DNA from: a virus
Lineage: Duplodnaviria > Caudoviricetes
IMG/VR virus record: IMGVR_UViG_3300040971_000351
Span: 1 to 46,469 of that record
Direction: 5' to 3' (one strand)
Length of the DNA: 46,469 nt
Part shown: piece by piece, positions 1 through 9,191 of the stretch
How positions within the stretch are numbered: position 1 is the stretch's first letter
Layout of the letters: every line of letters begins with the position of its first letter
Translations under genes and position numbers: made by a program
Notes under the pieces: generated by a model
Databases searched by the model: none
The model's input: only the letters and a program-made list of their open reading frames with translations
What the model was told of the DNA's origin: nothing

Positions 1-1359
1 TCAGTCGCGTTGTTCGGCCTGGGAGCGCTTGTAGGCGTCCCACAGAAACTTGTCGTTGGGGTCCTGCTCGTAGGCCCGCTTGAAATACGCGGTGCCGTTG
101 CGGCCCGCCCGCTGGAAGATGGTGCCGATGTTGAAGGCCACGTTCTTGCCCGTGTCCGGCAGCGCGGGGTCCATCTCCAGGGCCTTCTGGATCATGGCCA
201 GGGCCTTGGCCGTTTCCCGGCCCTCGTTGTAGGCCAGGGCCATGTTGTACAGGAGCCCCGCGTTGTCCGGCAGCACGGACAGGACGCGGTGGTACTCGGC
301 GATGGCCTCGCGCCACTTGCCCTGCTTGCGCAGCGAGATGCCGAGGATGTTGACGGTGGCCAGGTCCGAGGAGGTCAGGTTGCCGCCGCGCAGGTCCAGG
401 GCCCGCTTGGAGTAGCGGATGGCCATCTCCGGGTCGCGGTTGGCGCAGATGCTCGCGATCCTGCTCGATATGGTGGACAGCATGTCCGCGGCCTCGTGCT
501 TGGCGATCTTGATGACCTGCTCGAACATCTCCTCGGCCATCGCGCTGTTGCCCCGGGTGATCTCGATCTCGCCGATGTTCAGGATGCGCTGTTTGTCCAG
601 CGGGCTGATCTCGTTCATGCGGCGCAGGTACTGGAGCTGCTTGTCCGGGTCCCCGGCCTGCTCGTAGAGGGTGGCCAGGCGCTTCAGGGGCGCCAGGTAC
701 AGCTCCGAGCTCTCGGCCGCCTTGCGGTACATCTCCTCGGCCTGGGTCAGCATGTCGAGACCCTTGTAGGCGTCGCCTCGGATCATGTAGCCCGCGGCGC
801 TGTCGGGCTTCTGCCGGAGAATCTCGTCGGCCGTGACCAGGGCCTCGCCCCAGCTGCCCGCGTCGAGCTGCTTCTTGCCCTTGTCGATGAGCTTGCTGAG
901 GCGGCCCTGGGGTGCGATGGTGAAGGCCAGCTTCTCGGAAAAGGAGGCCACGGAGATGGGCTTGGTGATGATGTTGTGCGCGCCCTGCTCGATCAGCAGG
1001 GCCGTGGTGAACTGGTCCACTTCCTTGGTCAGCACGATGATCCGCGAGGCCGGGGAGACGCGGGTGATGCTCTCCATGACCTGGGCCAGGGTGGCCTCGG
1101 CGGCGCCCCGGTCCAGGCAGATGACGTAGCGGGCCTGGATGTCCTGGTGCAGGAGATCGAACAGGTCCTCAAGCCGGATGAGCTGGACGTAGGAGGTGCG
1201 GGGCAGGCCCAGGCCGCGAAAGATGACGCTCTTGATCAGCTCCACGAAGCCCGGGTCCTGGGTCAGGGAAACGAACTTGCCCCCGGCCATGACGAAGTCG
1301 AAGATCGTGGCCCCGAAGGAGTCCTTGGTCTGGCTCGACGCCGAAGTGATGATTTCCAT
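1..1359 (-). CDS. Host receiver-like domain + TPR repeat protein
   Basis: Start MEIITSASSQ at 1359. Degenerate receiver-like segment (RIIVLTKE...GAHNIITKPIS) followed by multiple TPR-like repeats (e.g. NILGISLRKQGKWREAIAEY, LLYNMALAY). The ORF-track extension to 2631 crosses the tRNA and is spurious. Confidence 0.8.
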   Translation of the reverse strand: MEIITSASSQTKDSFGATIFDFVMAGGKFVSLTQDPGFVELIKSVIFRGLGLPRTSYVQLIRLEDLFDLLHQDIQARYVICLDRGAAEATLAQVMESITRVSPASRIIVLTKEVDQFTTALLIEQGAHNIITKPISVASFSEKLAFTIAPQGRLSKLIDKGKKQLDAGSWGEALVTADEILRQKPDSAAGYMIRGDAYKGLDMLTQAEEMYRKAAESSELYLAPLKRLATLYEQAGDPDKQLQYLRRMNEISPLDKQRILNIGEIEITRGNSAMAEEMFEQVIKIAKHEAADMLSTISSRIASICANRDPEMAIRYSKRALDLRGGNLTSSDLATVNILGISLRKQGKWREAIAEYHRVLSVLPDNAGLLYNMALAYNEGRETAKALAMIQKALEMDPALPDTGKNVAFNIGTIFQRAGRNGTAYFKRAYEQDPNDKFLWDAYKRSQAEQRD

Positions 1360-1563
1360 GCAACCCGCCTGCTGTTGTCCGCCCTGGTCCGCCCCGGAAG
1401 GGGGCCGCCGCAACGGATGAAAGATACACGATGCCCCACGGATGTTCAACGCGTTCTTGCCCGCCGCGCCATGCCCGCCGCCACGGCAGCCCGGAGCCGC
1501 CCACCCCACTTTCCACTTGATTTTGCCCCGCGCCTCACCTAATGGAATTGCTCCACAACGGAC

Positions 1564-1641
1564 GCCCCCATAGCTCAGGTGGATAGAGCACAGGATTCCT
1601 AATCCTGGTTTGCCCATGTTCGAGTCATGGTGGGGGCACCA
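1564..1641 (+). tRNA. tRNA-Arg (anticodon CCT)
   Basis: Acceptor stem GCCCCCA/TGGGGGC, D arm, anticodon stem CAGGA/TCCTG with loop TTCCTAA, T arm CCATG-TTCGAGT-CATGG, encoded 3' ACCA. Confidence 0.95.
1595..1641 (+). repeat. att core (tRNA-proximal copy)
   Basis: ATTCCTAATCCTGGTTTGCCCATGTTCGAGTCATGGTGGGGGCACCA, identical to 41409-41455. Confidence 0.95.
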
Positions 1642-1648
1642 AGAATAA

Positions 1649-1704
1649 CAGCGGCTTGCATATCGTTTCGGACCATACCGGCGGATGCGAGCCGCTTTTG
1701 TTTT
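1649..1704 (+). terminator. Putative phage-supplied hairpin/terminator downstream of the tRNA
   Basis: AGCGGCTTGCAT...ATGCGAGCCGCT stem followed by TTTGTTTT. Confidence 0.55.
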
Positions 1705-1710
1705 CCGATC

Positions 1711-1732
1711 TGTCCCCCACCTGTCCCCCAGT
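1711..1732 (+). promoter_or_regulatory. Putative integrase arm-type sites (tandem TGTCCCCC)
   Basis: TGTCCCCCACCTGTCCCCCAGT matches 41284-41305 at 21/22 positions. Both copies lie inside the prophage near the att cores. Confidence 0.65.
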
Positions 1733-2085
1733 CCGTAGTCATGCACGCCCGAGCGCGTCCCCTTTTGACCTTGATCGCCATCCGATTGGCGCGCCCGCCT
1801 GCTCTGCCCCCGGAGCACCGCTGAAGGCTGAAGCATGCGGGACGGTCGACGCGTCGGCGGGCGCCTCATCTCAGGGCGCAGCCCTCCCTGGGGCTGGCGT
1901 TCGCCGCTCCCCCCTACCCCCTCTCCCAGAGGGACGAGCAAAAGGTCCCATGCGGGCACGGCGGCGCGGGTCCTCCTGGCCGCCCAGCTCACAGGGGTCG
2001 CTATGGGCGCAGGATCTGGCCGCTCACAAATATAACGATTTCCGTAGAAAAATAGAAACCTCCCAGGTCGGGGTGGAGGTGCACG

Positions 2086-3750
2086 ATGTCGCAGCGTGAC
2101 AACGAGCAGCTTCAGGGCCTGGACGGGCAGGACGGGAACAGTCCGACCAACCTGGACGGAACGCCGTCGCAGCTCGAGGACATGGCCGCAGCGGTCAGGG
2201 CCCGGGCCGAGCAGATCCAGGCGCAGGTGCCAAGGACGACGGAAGAGCGCGTCCGCGATCTGGACATCGGCTTCCTCCGCCAGTGCCTGAGCCACAACCG
2301 GATCGGCGACGCGACCCTTTGGGTGACGCTGTTCGGGGACAAGTACGTCTGGATCCCCGAGTGGAGGAAGATGCTGGTCTGGAACGGTCAGCACTGGGAG
2401 ATCGATCCGGACAACCGGTCGGCCCTGGCCGACATCGCGCGGGTCTGCGGGGCCTACGAGCAGATGCTTGTGCGCCTGAAGGACGACGCCGACGAGGACC
2501 TGATCAAGTCGGTCCGCAAGCGGTGCAATGTCCTGCGCGATCGGGCCGGCCGTGACAACCTGCTGACGTGCGCAGTGAGCATCGACAACCCACCGGTCGT
2601 CTCCCAGACCAAGCTGGACTGCCAGCCACACCTCCTCCCAACGCCAACAGGCGTGGTGGATCTGCGCACGGCCGAGTGCTCACCTGGAAGGCAATCACAG
2701 TACCTGCTCAACCCGTGCCCCACACCGTGGACAGGGGCGGACACACCCTGCCCGACCTTCGACCAGTACCTGCTGGACTGCATGGACGGCGACAAGGAGA
2801 TGGCCGAGTTCCTTGTCCGCCTGCTCGGCTACGGCCTCCTGGGCGAGAAGCACCTGTCCGTGTGGGCCATCTTCTACGGCCCCTTGAGCCGCAACGGCAA
2901 AGACACGTGCATGAACATCCTGAAGCACGTCCTCGGTCCTCGCCTGCACGTGCGCATCAACGTCCAGATGCTCATGGAGCAGAAGTTCGCCCGCAGCGCG
3001 TCCCAGGCCGAGCCGGACGTCATGGCCCTGCGTGGCGCTAGGGTCGCCTATGCCTCCGAGGCCAGCCAGAAGATGTCGCTGGATCAGGCCAAGGTGAAGG
3101 ACATGACGGGCGGCGGCTACATCACCGCCCGCAACAACACCGACCGCGAGATGTCGGAGTGGAAGCAGTCGGCTCTCATCCTCATGCTGACCAACTTCCT
3201 GCCCAAGCTCAACACGAGCGACGACGGCTTCCTGGCCCGCACGATCTGCATCGAGTGGCCGGTCAAGTTCGTGCCGCAGCCAACCAAGCCCTGGGAGAGA
3301 CAGATCGACTACGGCATGGGGAAGCGCCTCGAGGCCGAGGCCTCGGGGATCCTGGCGCGCCTGGTGCGCGGCTGCCAGGACGTGCTCGCCAACGGGCTAC
3401 GCATCCCCGAGAAGGTGCTGCGCTACACCCAGGAGCAGATGGACGCCCAGGACGACATCGGCCGCTTCTTGCGGGAGTGCTGCGAGATCGAGGATCCGCC
3501 GACCGGAGATCGGACCTATCAGACCAAGATCCCCGTCTCGGAGTTCCTGCGGGTCTGCAACTGGTGGTGCAAGAAGCAGCTCGGCAACGCCTACGACTAC
3601 ACCCCGAAGAAGGTCACGCCCCTGCTCGAAAAGAAGGGCGTGCCCACGCACAAGTCCAGCGTCATGCACTACATGGGGCTGTCGATCACGCACGAGACCA
3701 TGCTCGAGTTCAATTCCGACACCGGAAAGAAGGAGGATCGCCTGTGGTAA
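2086..3750 (+). CDS. P4-family/D5-like SF3 helicase (phage/plasmid primase C-terminal ATPase)
   Basis: D5_N-like region (YVWIPEWRKMLVWNGQHW), Walker A-like GPLSRNGKDT, LRGARVAYASE, VKDMTGGGYITAR, MLTNFLP. GGAGG Shine-Dalgarno upstream. Confidence 0.85.
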   Translation: MSQRDNEQLQGLDGQDGNSPTNLDGTPSQLEDMAAAVRARAEQIQAQVPRTTEERVRDLDIGFLRQCLSHNRIGDATLWVTLFGDKYVWIPEWRKMLVWNGQHWEIDPDNRSALADIARVCGAYEQMLVRLKDDADEDLIKSVRKRCNVLRDRAGRDNLLTCAVSIDNPPVVSQTKLDCQPHLLPTPTGVVDLRTAECSPGRQSQYLLNPCPTPWTGADTPCPTFDQYLLDCMDGDKEMAEFLVRLLGYGLLGEKHLSVWAIFYGPLSRNGKDTCMNILKHVLGPRLHVRINVQMLMEQKFARSASQAEPDVMALRGARVAYASEASQKMSLDQAKVKDMTGGGYITARNNTDREMSEWKQSALILMLTNFLPKLNTSDDGFLARTICIEWPVKFVPQPTKPWERQIDYGMGKRLEAEASGILARLVRGCQDVLANGLRIPEKVLRYTQEQMDAQDDIGRFLRECCEIEDPPTGDRTYQTKIPVSEFLRVCNWWCKKQLGNAYDYTPKKVTPLLEKKGVPTHKSSVMHYMGLSITHETMLEFNSDTGKKEDRLW

Positions 3751-4009
3751 GCCTCAATCCTCCCAAGCTCCCGTGCTTCCTCCCGCTTTCTCCCAAGTCC
3801 AATACACTGGAATCGAACGACATTTTCCCAGAGTTGGGAGGTTGGGAGGATAATCCCTATACACCCGCACACCCGCACATGCGTCGCGCGCGCGTGCGCG
3901 TATATGTCTCCATCCTCCCATACTCCCAAAAGGAAAGTGTGTGTAAAGGATTTAAGGTGGTTGGACCGGCCTCGGTCCGGGAGGGAGGATTGGGCCGTGG
4001 GAGGATCGC
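3751..4009. other. Putative replication origin with CTCCCA(A) iterons
   Basis: Non-coding gap with CTCCCAA at 3760, 3790, 3923, CTCCCAT at 3915 and inverted TTGGGAG at 3834 and 3842, plus an alternating purine/pyrimidine tract at about 3878-3907. Confidence 0.55.
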
Positions 4010-5548
4010 ATGAGCGCGACCATCCTGGACCTCCTCTCCCGCCACGTCGGCGGCGACAAGATCATCCGCGTGTCCGGCAAGGACGGCGGCCTGTACCACT
4101 CCCCCTGCCCGGCCTGCGGCGGCACGGACCGCTTCATGGTCTTCCCCGACCAGGCCGGCGGCGAGCTCGCGCAGCAGCACGGCGTGACCGGCACCTGGTC
4201 GTGCCCGCGGCACTGCCAGAAGGGCGGGGACATCATCTCCTTCCTGCAGGAGTTCGACGGCATGAGCTTCGGCGAGGCCTGCTCGGAGCTCGGCATCTCC
4301 ACTTCCGACGCGCCCAGGGCCGTGCGCCCGCTGCGCCGTCCCCAGGCCGCGCCGGCCACCTTCGCGCCCATCTCCTACGCGCCGCCGGTCGAGACCTGGC
4401 GCGAACACGCCACCAAGCTGGCCACCGAGGCCCACGCCGCCCTGCTGCGCGAGCCCTCGGCCCTGCGCTGGCTCGCGGATCGCGGCCTGCCCCAGGAGGC
4501 AGTTGAGGCCTACCGCCTCGGCTGGCTGGCCGGCGAGGACACGCAGACCCGCACGAAGGTCTTCCGGCAGCGGGCTGCCTTCGGGCTGGCTCCCAAGGTC
4601 GACCAGAAGACCGGCAAGGAGATCCGAGTCCTGTGCATCCCGCGCGGCATCACCATCCCGGCCTGGTCGGCTGACGGGCAGTGCCTGCGCCTGCGAATCC
4701 GTCGCCCGAACAAGGACATCGACAAGAGCAACCCGCGCGACGCCAAGTACCGCCTGATCCCGCAGCCCGAGCCCATCTACTCCGCCCCGCTGGTCCTGCC
4801 GCCCGTGGGCGTCGCCGCGGAACTGGCCACGTGGGTGGTGGTCGAGGCCGAGCTCGACGCCTACGCCGTGCACCATGCCTGCGGCGGCCGGGTAGGCGTG
4901 GTGGCCGTGCTGACCGTATCGGTCCACCCCGACGCCGTTGCCCATGCGGCCCTGGCGCCGTCCGCTCGGATCCTCGTGGCCCTGGACTTCGACGCCCCGC
5001 GCGAGGACGGCAAGCCCATCCCCACGGCCAAGGCGTGGCCCTGGTGGGAAGCGACGTACCCGCAGGCGCGGCTCTGGCCGGTGCCCAAGGGCAAGGATCC
5101 TGGGGACGCCTTCGGCCAGGGCGTCAATCTCTGGGACTGGGTCCGCGCCGGCATGCCCATTGTGGCCATGCCTTCTACAGGCGCGTCCGGCGTCGGGACC
5201 ATGGGCTCCACGTCCTTTGTTTGTCCCTCCGGGGGGCGGGCCGATTCTGCTGCGGCTGTGGGCGTAGAAACCAAGCCGGTGCGGCCGTGGCCAGAGTATT
5301 TCGGGGACTGGATGCCGCCCCGTTCGGTCATCGAGCTGGCCAAGTTCTGGCGGGGCAAGCCGGTGGAGTTCCGCAAGGGCGCAGATGGCTCGGGCGGCTG
5401 GTTCTTCGATCCGGACTGGGGTTCGAAATATCCGCAGTCCGTGCACGATTTTCTGACCATGGGCGGATCCGACGATGTCTGGCGTTGGCTCGACGAGCAC
5501 GTCGCAGACGTCGTCACGTCTCGCAACTTTCTCTTCATTTGGGGGTGA
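4010..5548 (+). CDS. Phage primase (Zn-binding domain + TOPRIM-like)
   Basis: SPCPACGGTDRF...WSCPRHCQKGGDII zinc ribbon, WLADRGL, TOPRIM-like VVEAELDA and ALDFD, PKGKDPGD. Confidence 0.8.
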   Translation: MSATILDLLSRHVGGDKIIRVSGKDGGLYHSPCPACGGTDRFMVFPDQAGGELAQQHGVTGTWSCPRHCQKGGDIISFLQEFDGMSFGEACSELGISTSDAPRAVRPLRRPQAAPATFAPISYAPPVETWREHATKLATEAHAALLREPSALRWLADRGLPQEAVEAYRLGWLAGEDTQTRTKVFRQRAAFGLAPKVDQKTGKEIRVLCIPRGITIPAWSADGQCLRLRIRRPNKDIDKSNPRDAKYRLIPQPEPIYSAPLVLPPVGVAAELATWVVVEAELDAYAVHHACGGRVGVVAVLTVSVHPDAVAHAALAPSARILVALDFDAPREDGKPIPTAKAWPWWEATYPQARLWPVPKGKDPGDAFGQGVNLWDWVRAGMPIVAMPSTGASGVGTMGSTSFVCPSGGRADSAAAVGVETKPVRPWPEYFGDWMPPRSVIELAKFWRGKPVEFRKGADGSGGWFFDPDWGSKYPQSVHDFLTMGGSDDVWRWLDEHVADVVTSRNFLFIWG

Positions 5549-5550
5549 TC

Positions 5551-6099
5551 ATGGCGACTACGGTATGTCTTGAAATTTCGGTGGGTGTCGACGTCTCCGA
5601 GGCTGCCCTGCAGTTCTGGGTCTTTTCGCAACTCAATGCACCTGGTGCTCCGGATCTGGCCGATACGCTCATCGGCGAGTCGGTGACGGAGGCAGACGTC
5701 GACGCGATCGATGAATTCGAGGGCGTGGTTGGCGTTTCGAGGTTCGCGCCGATCACGGCGGAGCCGGGCGAGGTAGACCGCAGCGAGCTGTTCGCGGCAG
5801 CGGTCCGTCTGTGGGGCGCGGACTTTCAGTCCAGGATGGTCGCCGAAGAGTGCGGGGAACTCCTCGCGTCCCTGTCCCAGTGTCTCCGTGGCCGAACGCA
5901 CGCCTGGGCACTGGCTGAAGAGGTCGCCGACGTCCGGGTCATGCTCGAGCAGATTCCACACATCGCCGAAGCCGCACGGCCGGACGTCATGGCCGGAATG
6001 ACGGTCGACATATTCAGGTCCGCCGTGGAGCAGTTCTTTGCCCAGAAGATCGACCGGCTCGAGCGCATGGTCGAGGCCGGAAGGAAGGTGGCGTCATGA
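5551..6099 (+). CDS. MazG-like nucleotide pyrophosphohydrolase domain protein
   Basis: WGADFQSRMVAEECGELL...LAEEVADVRVMLEQI, the paired acidic helices of all-alpha NTP-PPases. Confidence 0.7.
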   Translation: MATTVCLEISVGVDVSEAALQFWVFSQLNAPGAPDLADTLIGESVTEADVDAIDEFEGVVGVSRFAPITAEPGEVDRSELFAAAVRLWGADFQSRMVAEECGELLASLSQCLRGRTHAWALAEEVADVRVMLEQIPHIAEAARPDVMAGMTVDIFRSAVEQFFAQKIDRLERMVEAGRKVAS

Positions 6100-7052
6100 C
6101 CGAGCTCTGGAGAAAAGTGCCGGAAAATCCCGAGTACGAGCTGTCGAACCAGGGCCGTCTTCGCGGGCCCATGGGCAAGCTGTGCATGCCGGACATCAGC
6201 AACCGCTCGATCGCGGCGGCCAGGTACGCGCTGCCGATCGGACGTGACCGTCGCGTGTACCTGGGTATCAGCGAGGTCATGAAACGGATCTGGAACATGC
6301 AGTTCGTCCCCACGGCCAAATGGGTGACCATGGTCCGCTCGGAGGTCACCCGGGCGCTGGAGCGCCGTCGGTCAGAGCGGCGGGCGTCCAGGGCTCGGGT
6401 CAGCGCGGAGCGGCGCGCGATTGCGTCGCAGACCGATGACCAGGTGGCACAGGGCCAGGACGATCCCGTCGGCGAAGAGCTGTGGCGCGTCGTCCCGGAT
6501 CATCCGCGCTATGAGATTTCCAACCGAGGCAGGATGCGAGGCACGTGCGGCATCCTCTCACCTGTGGTGAACGGGTCCAGCGCCTTGAGTGCGAAGTATC
6601 AGTTATGGATCCCGGCGCCGGCCAGGAGGTCGGTGTCGCTGTCTATCAGGCAGACCATGCTCAGAGTGTGGGACATCCGGTTCGCGCCGACGATGGCGTG
6701 GATCGAGCAGGTCAAATCTGGCGACCGCTTCGCACCTCTGCCGGAACGGTCAGCTCCGAAGGTGGTCGAGGCGCAGCCGGAACCGGCCGTGGCCGTCGCC
6801 GCCGTGGTCGTCCAGGCCAAGCCTCAAAAACCGAAATCAGCCGGATCGTCCAACCGGCCCGACGCCGGCATGCCGTGCCCATGGGAGTCGGGGAAGCTCG
6901 ACACGCATCCATCGGAGATCACGACGTGGGATTGCGCCCAGATGGATCCGCTCACGCATCGTGGCGAGAATGGAGTCTGGGTCCAGGTCCCGGCCACGGT
7001 GGCCGAACGCAGGAAGCTCATGCGAGAAATGCGCAAGGAGGAAGCGGCATGA
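6096..7052 (+). CDS. Protein with two NUMOD4-like motifs
   Basis: ELWRKVPENPEYELSNQGRLR and ELWRVVPDHPRYEISNRGRMR. No HNH motif seen. Confidence 0.7.
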   Translation: MTELWRKVPENPEYELSNQGRLRGPMGKLCMPDISNRSIAAARYALPIGRDRRVYLGISEVMKRIWNMQFVPTAKWVTMVRSEVTRALERRRSERRASRARVSAERRAIASQTDDQVAQGQDDPVGEELWRVVPDHPRYEISNRGRMRGTCGILSPVVNGSSALSAKYQLWIPAPARRSVSLSIRQTMLRVWDIRFAPTMAWIEQVKSGDRFAPLPERSAPKVVEAQPEPAVAVAAVVVQAKPQKPKSAGSSNRPDAGMPCPWESGKLDTHPSEITTWDCAQMDPLTHRGENGVWVQVPATVAERRKLMREMRKEEAA

Positions 7053-7438
7053 ACATGATGGAGATGGCGGCAATGGAATCCCCTGCACTCTGCGGCGTGT
7101 CTGCGCATTGGCCGAAGAAATGGGACCGTGTCCCAAAGCGCGTCCGGATGCTCCGCACGGCGCTCCCAGATCATATCCTCGCCATGGTCAACCCCAAATT
7201 GCGCGGACTGGCCGCCGTCAAGGGCCAGGATTACCCAGTGTGGGTCAACAGACATGGGGCTGTGTCCGCGGCCTTGCCTGGAGGCCAGCGTCTCGGGCTG
7301 TACCCTTCAGAGTTTGAGGTCGTCGAATTCCACGACGCGCAACTGATCCGTCAAGCCGGAACCCAGCCATCGTCCCAGGCAGTGGGGAAGACATCGCAGT
7401 ATTCGCCCGCAACGGAAGAGCCGGAGGATGAGGCATGA
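7049..7438 (+). CDS. Hypothetical phage protein
   Basis: ATGA overlap with the previous stop, GGAGG upstream. Confidence 0.6.
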   Translation: MNMMEMAAMESPALCGVSAHWPKKWDRVPKRVRMLRTALPDHILAMVNPKLRGLAAVKGQDYPVWVNRHGAVSAALPGGQRLGLYPSEFEVVEFHDAQLIRQAGTQPSSQAVGKTSQYSPATEEPEDEA

Positions 7439-7566
7439 AATACTCCGAGCACTTTGTCGCAAATATGAAGGTTGCTGCTAGGTGTACAATCCTTGCCGTG
7501 TTCCACGCCATACACGCGATCGTCCCTGTGAAGATTACGAGCCATGAATACTGGGGAATCAAATGA
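7435..7566 (+). CDS. 43-aa small protein (MKYSEHFVANMK...)
   Basis: ATGA-coupled to both neighbours, GGAGG upstream. Below the ORF-track size cutoff. Confidence 0.6.
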   Translation: MKYSEHFVANMKVAARCTILAVFHAIHAIVPVKITSHEYWGIK

Positions 7567-9191
7567 ACCTCCCCATCGACATCCCGTCCGGCGGCCCCGG
7601 CATCATCGTCGACCTCTTTGCCGGTGGCGGCGGCGCATCCGAGGGCATCCGCATGGCCCTTGGCCGTGACCCGGACCTGGCAATCAACCACGATCCCGAG
7701 GCCGTGGCCATGCACAAGCAGAACCACCCAGGCTGCCGGCACCTGATCGAGGACGTGTGGAGTGTCGATCCAAGCTGGGCCACGCAGGGCCGCCCTGTGG
7801 ATCTGCTTTGGGCCTCTCCGGATTGCACGCATCACAGCAAAGCCAAAGGCTCGGCCCCCACGCGAGACGACAAGCGCCGCTCCCTGGCCTGCGTGATCAC
7901 GGACAAGTGGGTCCCGGCCTGCTGGCCCGAGTCGATCGTCATGGAGAACGTCGAGGAGTTCAAAAGCTGGGGCCCTGTCGACCATTGCGGCCGCGTCATC
8001 GAGTCGGCCAAGGGCGACACCTTCCGCTGGTTTGTCCGTCGCCTGCGCCGCTACGGCTACCGGGTCGAGTACCGGGAGCTCCGGGCCTGCGACTACGGCG
8101 CGCCGACCATCCGCAAGAGGCTGTTCCTGATCGCCAAGCGCAACAACGGCCGGATCGTGTGGCCCGAGCCGACGCACGGCCCTGGCCGTCCGGAGCCGTA
8201 CCGGACGGCTGCCGACTGCATTGACTGGTCAATCCCGTGCCCGAGCATTTTCGAGCGGGCCAAGCCGTTGGTGGACGCCACGCTGCGCCGGATCGCCAAG
8301 GGGATCATGCGGTACGTGGTGCAGGCCGAGCGGCCCTTCATCGTCAACTTGACCCACGGTGGGCGGCTTGAAGACATCGCCAGTCCCATCAACACGATTA
8401 CCTGCGCGAACCGTGGGGAGAAGGCGCTGGTCGTGCCGACGCTGGTGCAGACCGGTTACGGGGAGCGCCAAGGGCAAGCCCCTCGCGCCCTGGACCTGTC
8501 CAAGCCTCTCGGCACCGTGGTGGCCGGTGGCCAGAAGCACGCCCTGGTATCCGCGTTTCTGGCCAAGCACTTCACGGGCGTGGTCGGGCAGGATCTGTGC
8601 CAGCCAACAGGCACGGTGACGACGGTCGACCACCACAGCCTTGTGGCCGCGCACCTTGTCCGCCAGTTCGGCCGCAGTGTTGGCGCCCCTGCCGACGTGC
8701 CCGTGGGAACAATCACAGCCGGAGGCGGAGGCAAGACGATCGTATCAGCCGCGCACCTGGTCAAGCTCCGCGGCTCCTGCCGGGATGGACAGCCCCTCGA
8801 CGCCCCAGCCCCGACGATCACGGCAGGCGGCACACACGCGGCCCTCGTCCACGCATTCATGGTCAAATACTACGGCGCCGACCAGGACCCGCGCCTGGAG
8901 TCTCCCCTCCACACCATCACCACCAAGGACAGGTTCGGCCTCGTAACTGTCACCGTCGAGGGCGAGCCTTACTACATCGCCGATATCGGCATGCGGATGC
9001 TGCAGCCCAGCGAGCTTTTCAGGGCGCAGGGGTTCCCGGATTCGTATGTGATCGACCACGCGGGCGGTCGGCCACTAACCAAGACGGCGCAGATCCGCAT
9101 GTGCGGAAATTCCGTTTGCCCGCCAATAGCCGCGGCGCTGGTCAGGGCAAACGTCAACGCGGCCGGACTGGGCCGCCAGGAGGTAGCATGA
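7563..9191 (+). CDS. C5 DNA cytosine methyltransferase (phage type, orphan)
   Basis: Motif I IVDLFAGGGG, motif IV ASPDC, motif VI MENV, motif VIII YGAPTIRKRLF, motif IX-X RMLQPSELFRAQGFP...CGNSV. Confidence 0.92.
   Translation: MNLPIDIPSGGPGIIVDLFAGGGGASEGIRMALGRDPDLAINHDPEAVAMHKQNHPGCRHLIEDVWSVDPSWATQGRPVDLLWASPDCTHHSKAKGSAPTRDDKRRSLACVITDKWVPACWPESIVMENVEEFKSWGPVDHCGRVIESAKGDTFRWFVRRLRRYGYRVEYRELRACDYGAPTIRKRLFLIAKRNNGRIVWPEPTHGPGRPEPYRTAADCIDWSIPCPSIFERAKPLVDATLRRIAKGIMRYVVQAERPFIVNLTHGGRLEDIASPINTITCANRGEKALVVPTLVQTGYGERQGQAPRALDLSKPLGTVVAGGQKHALVSAFLAKHFTGVVGQDLCQPTGTVTTVDHHSLVAAHLVRQFGRSVGAPADVPVGTITAGGGGKTIVSAAHLVKLRGSCRDGQPLDAPAPTITAGGTHAALVHAFMVKYYGADQDPRLESPLHTITTKDRFGLVTVTVEGEPYYIADIGMRMLQPSELFRAQGFPDSYVIDHAGGRPLTKTAQIRMCGNSVCPPIAAALVRANVNAAGLGRQEVA

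Noticed and set aside
1360-2631. 876-aa ORF extension of the TPR gene
   Set aside because: It crosses the tRNA, att and the helicase gene on the opposite strand. It is a stop-poor high-GC artefact, and the real start is near 1359.
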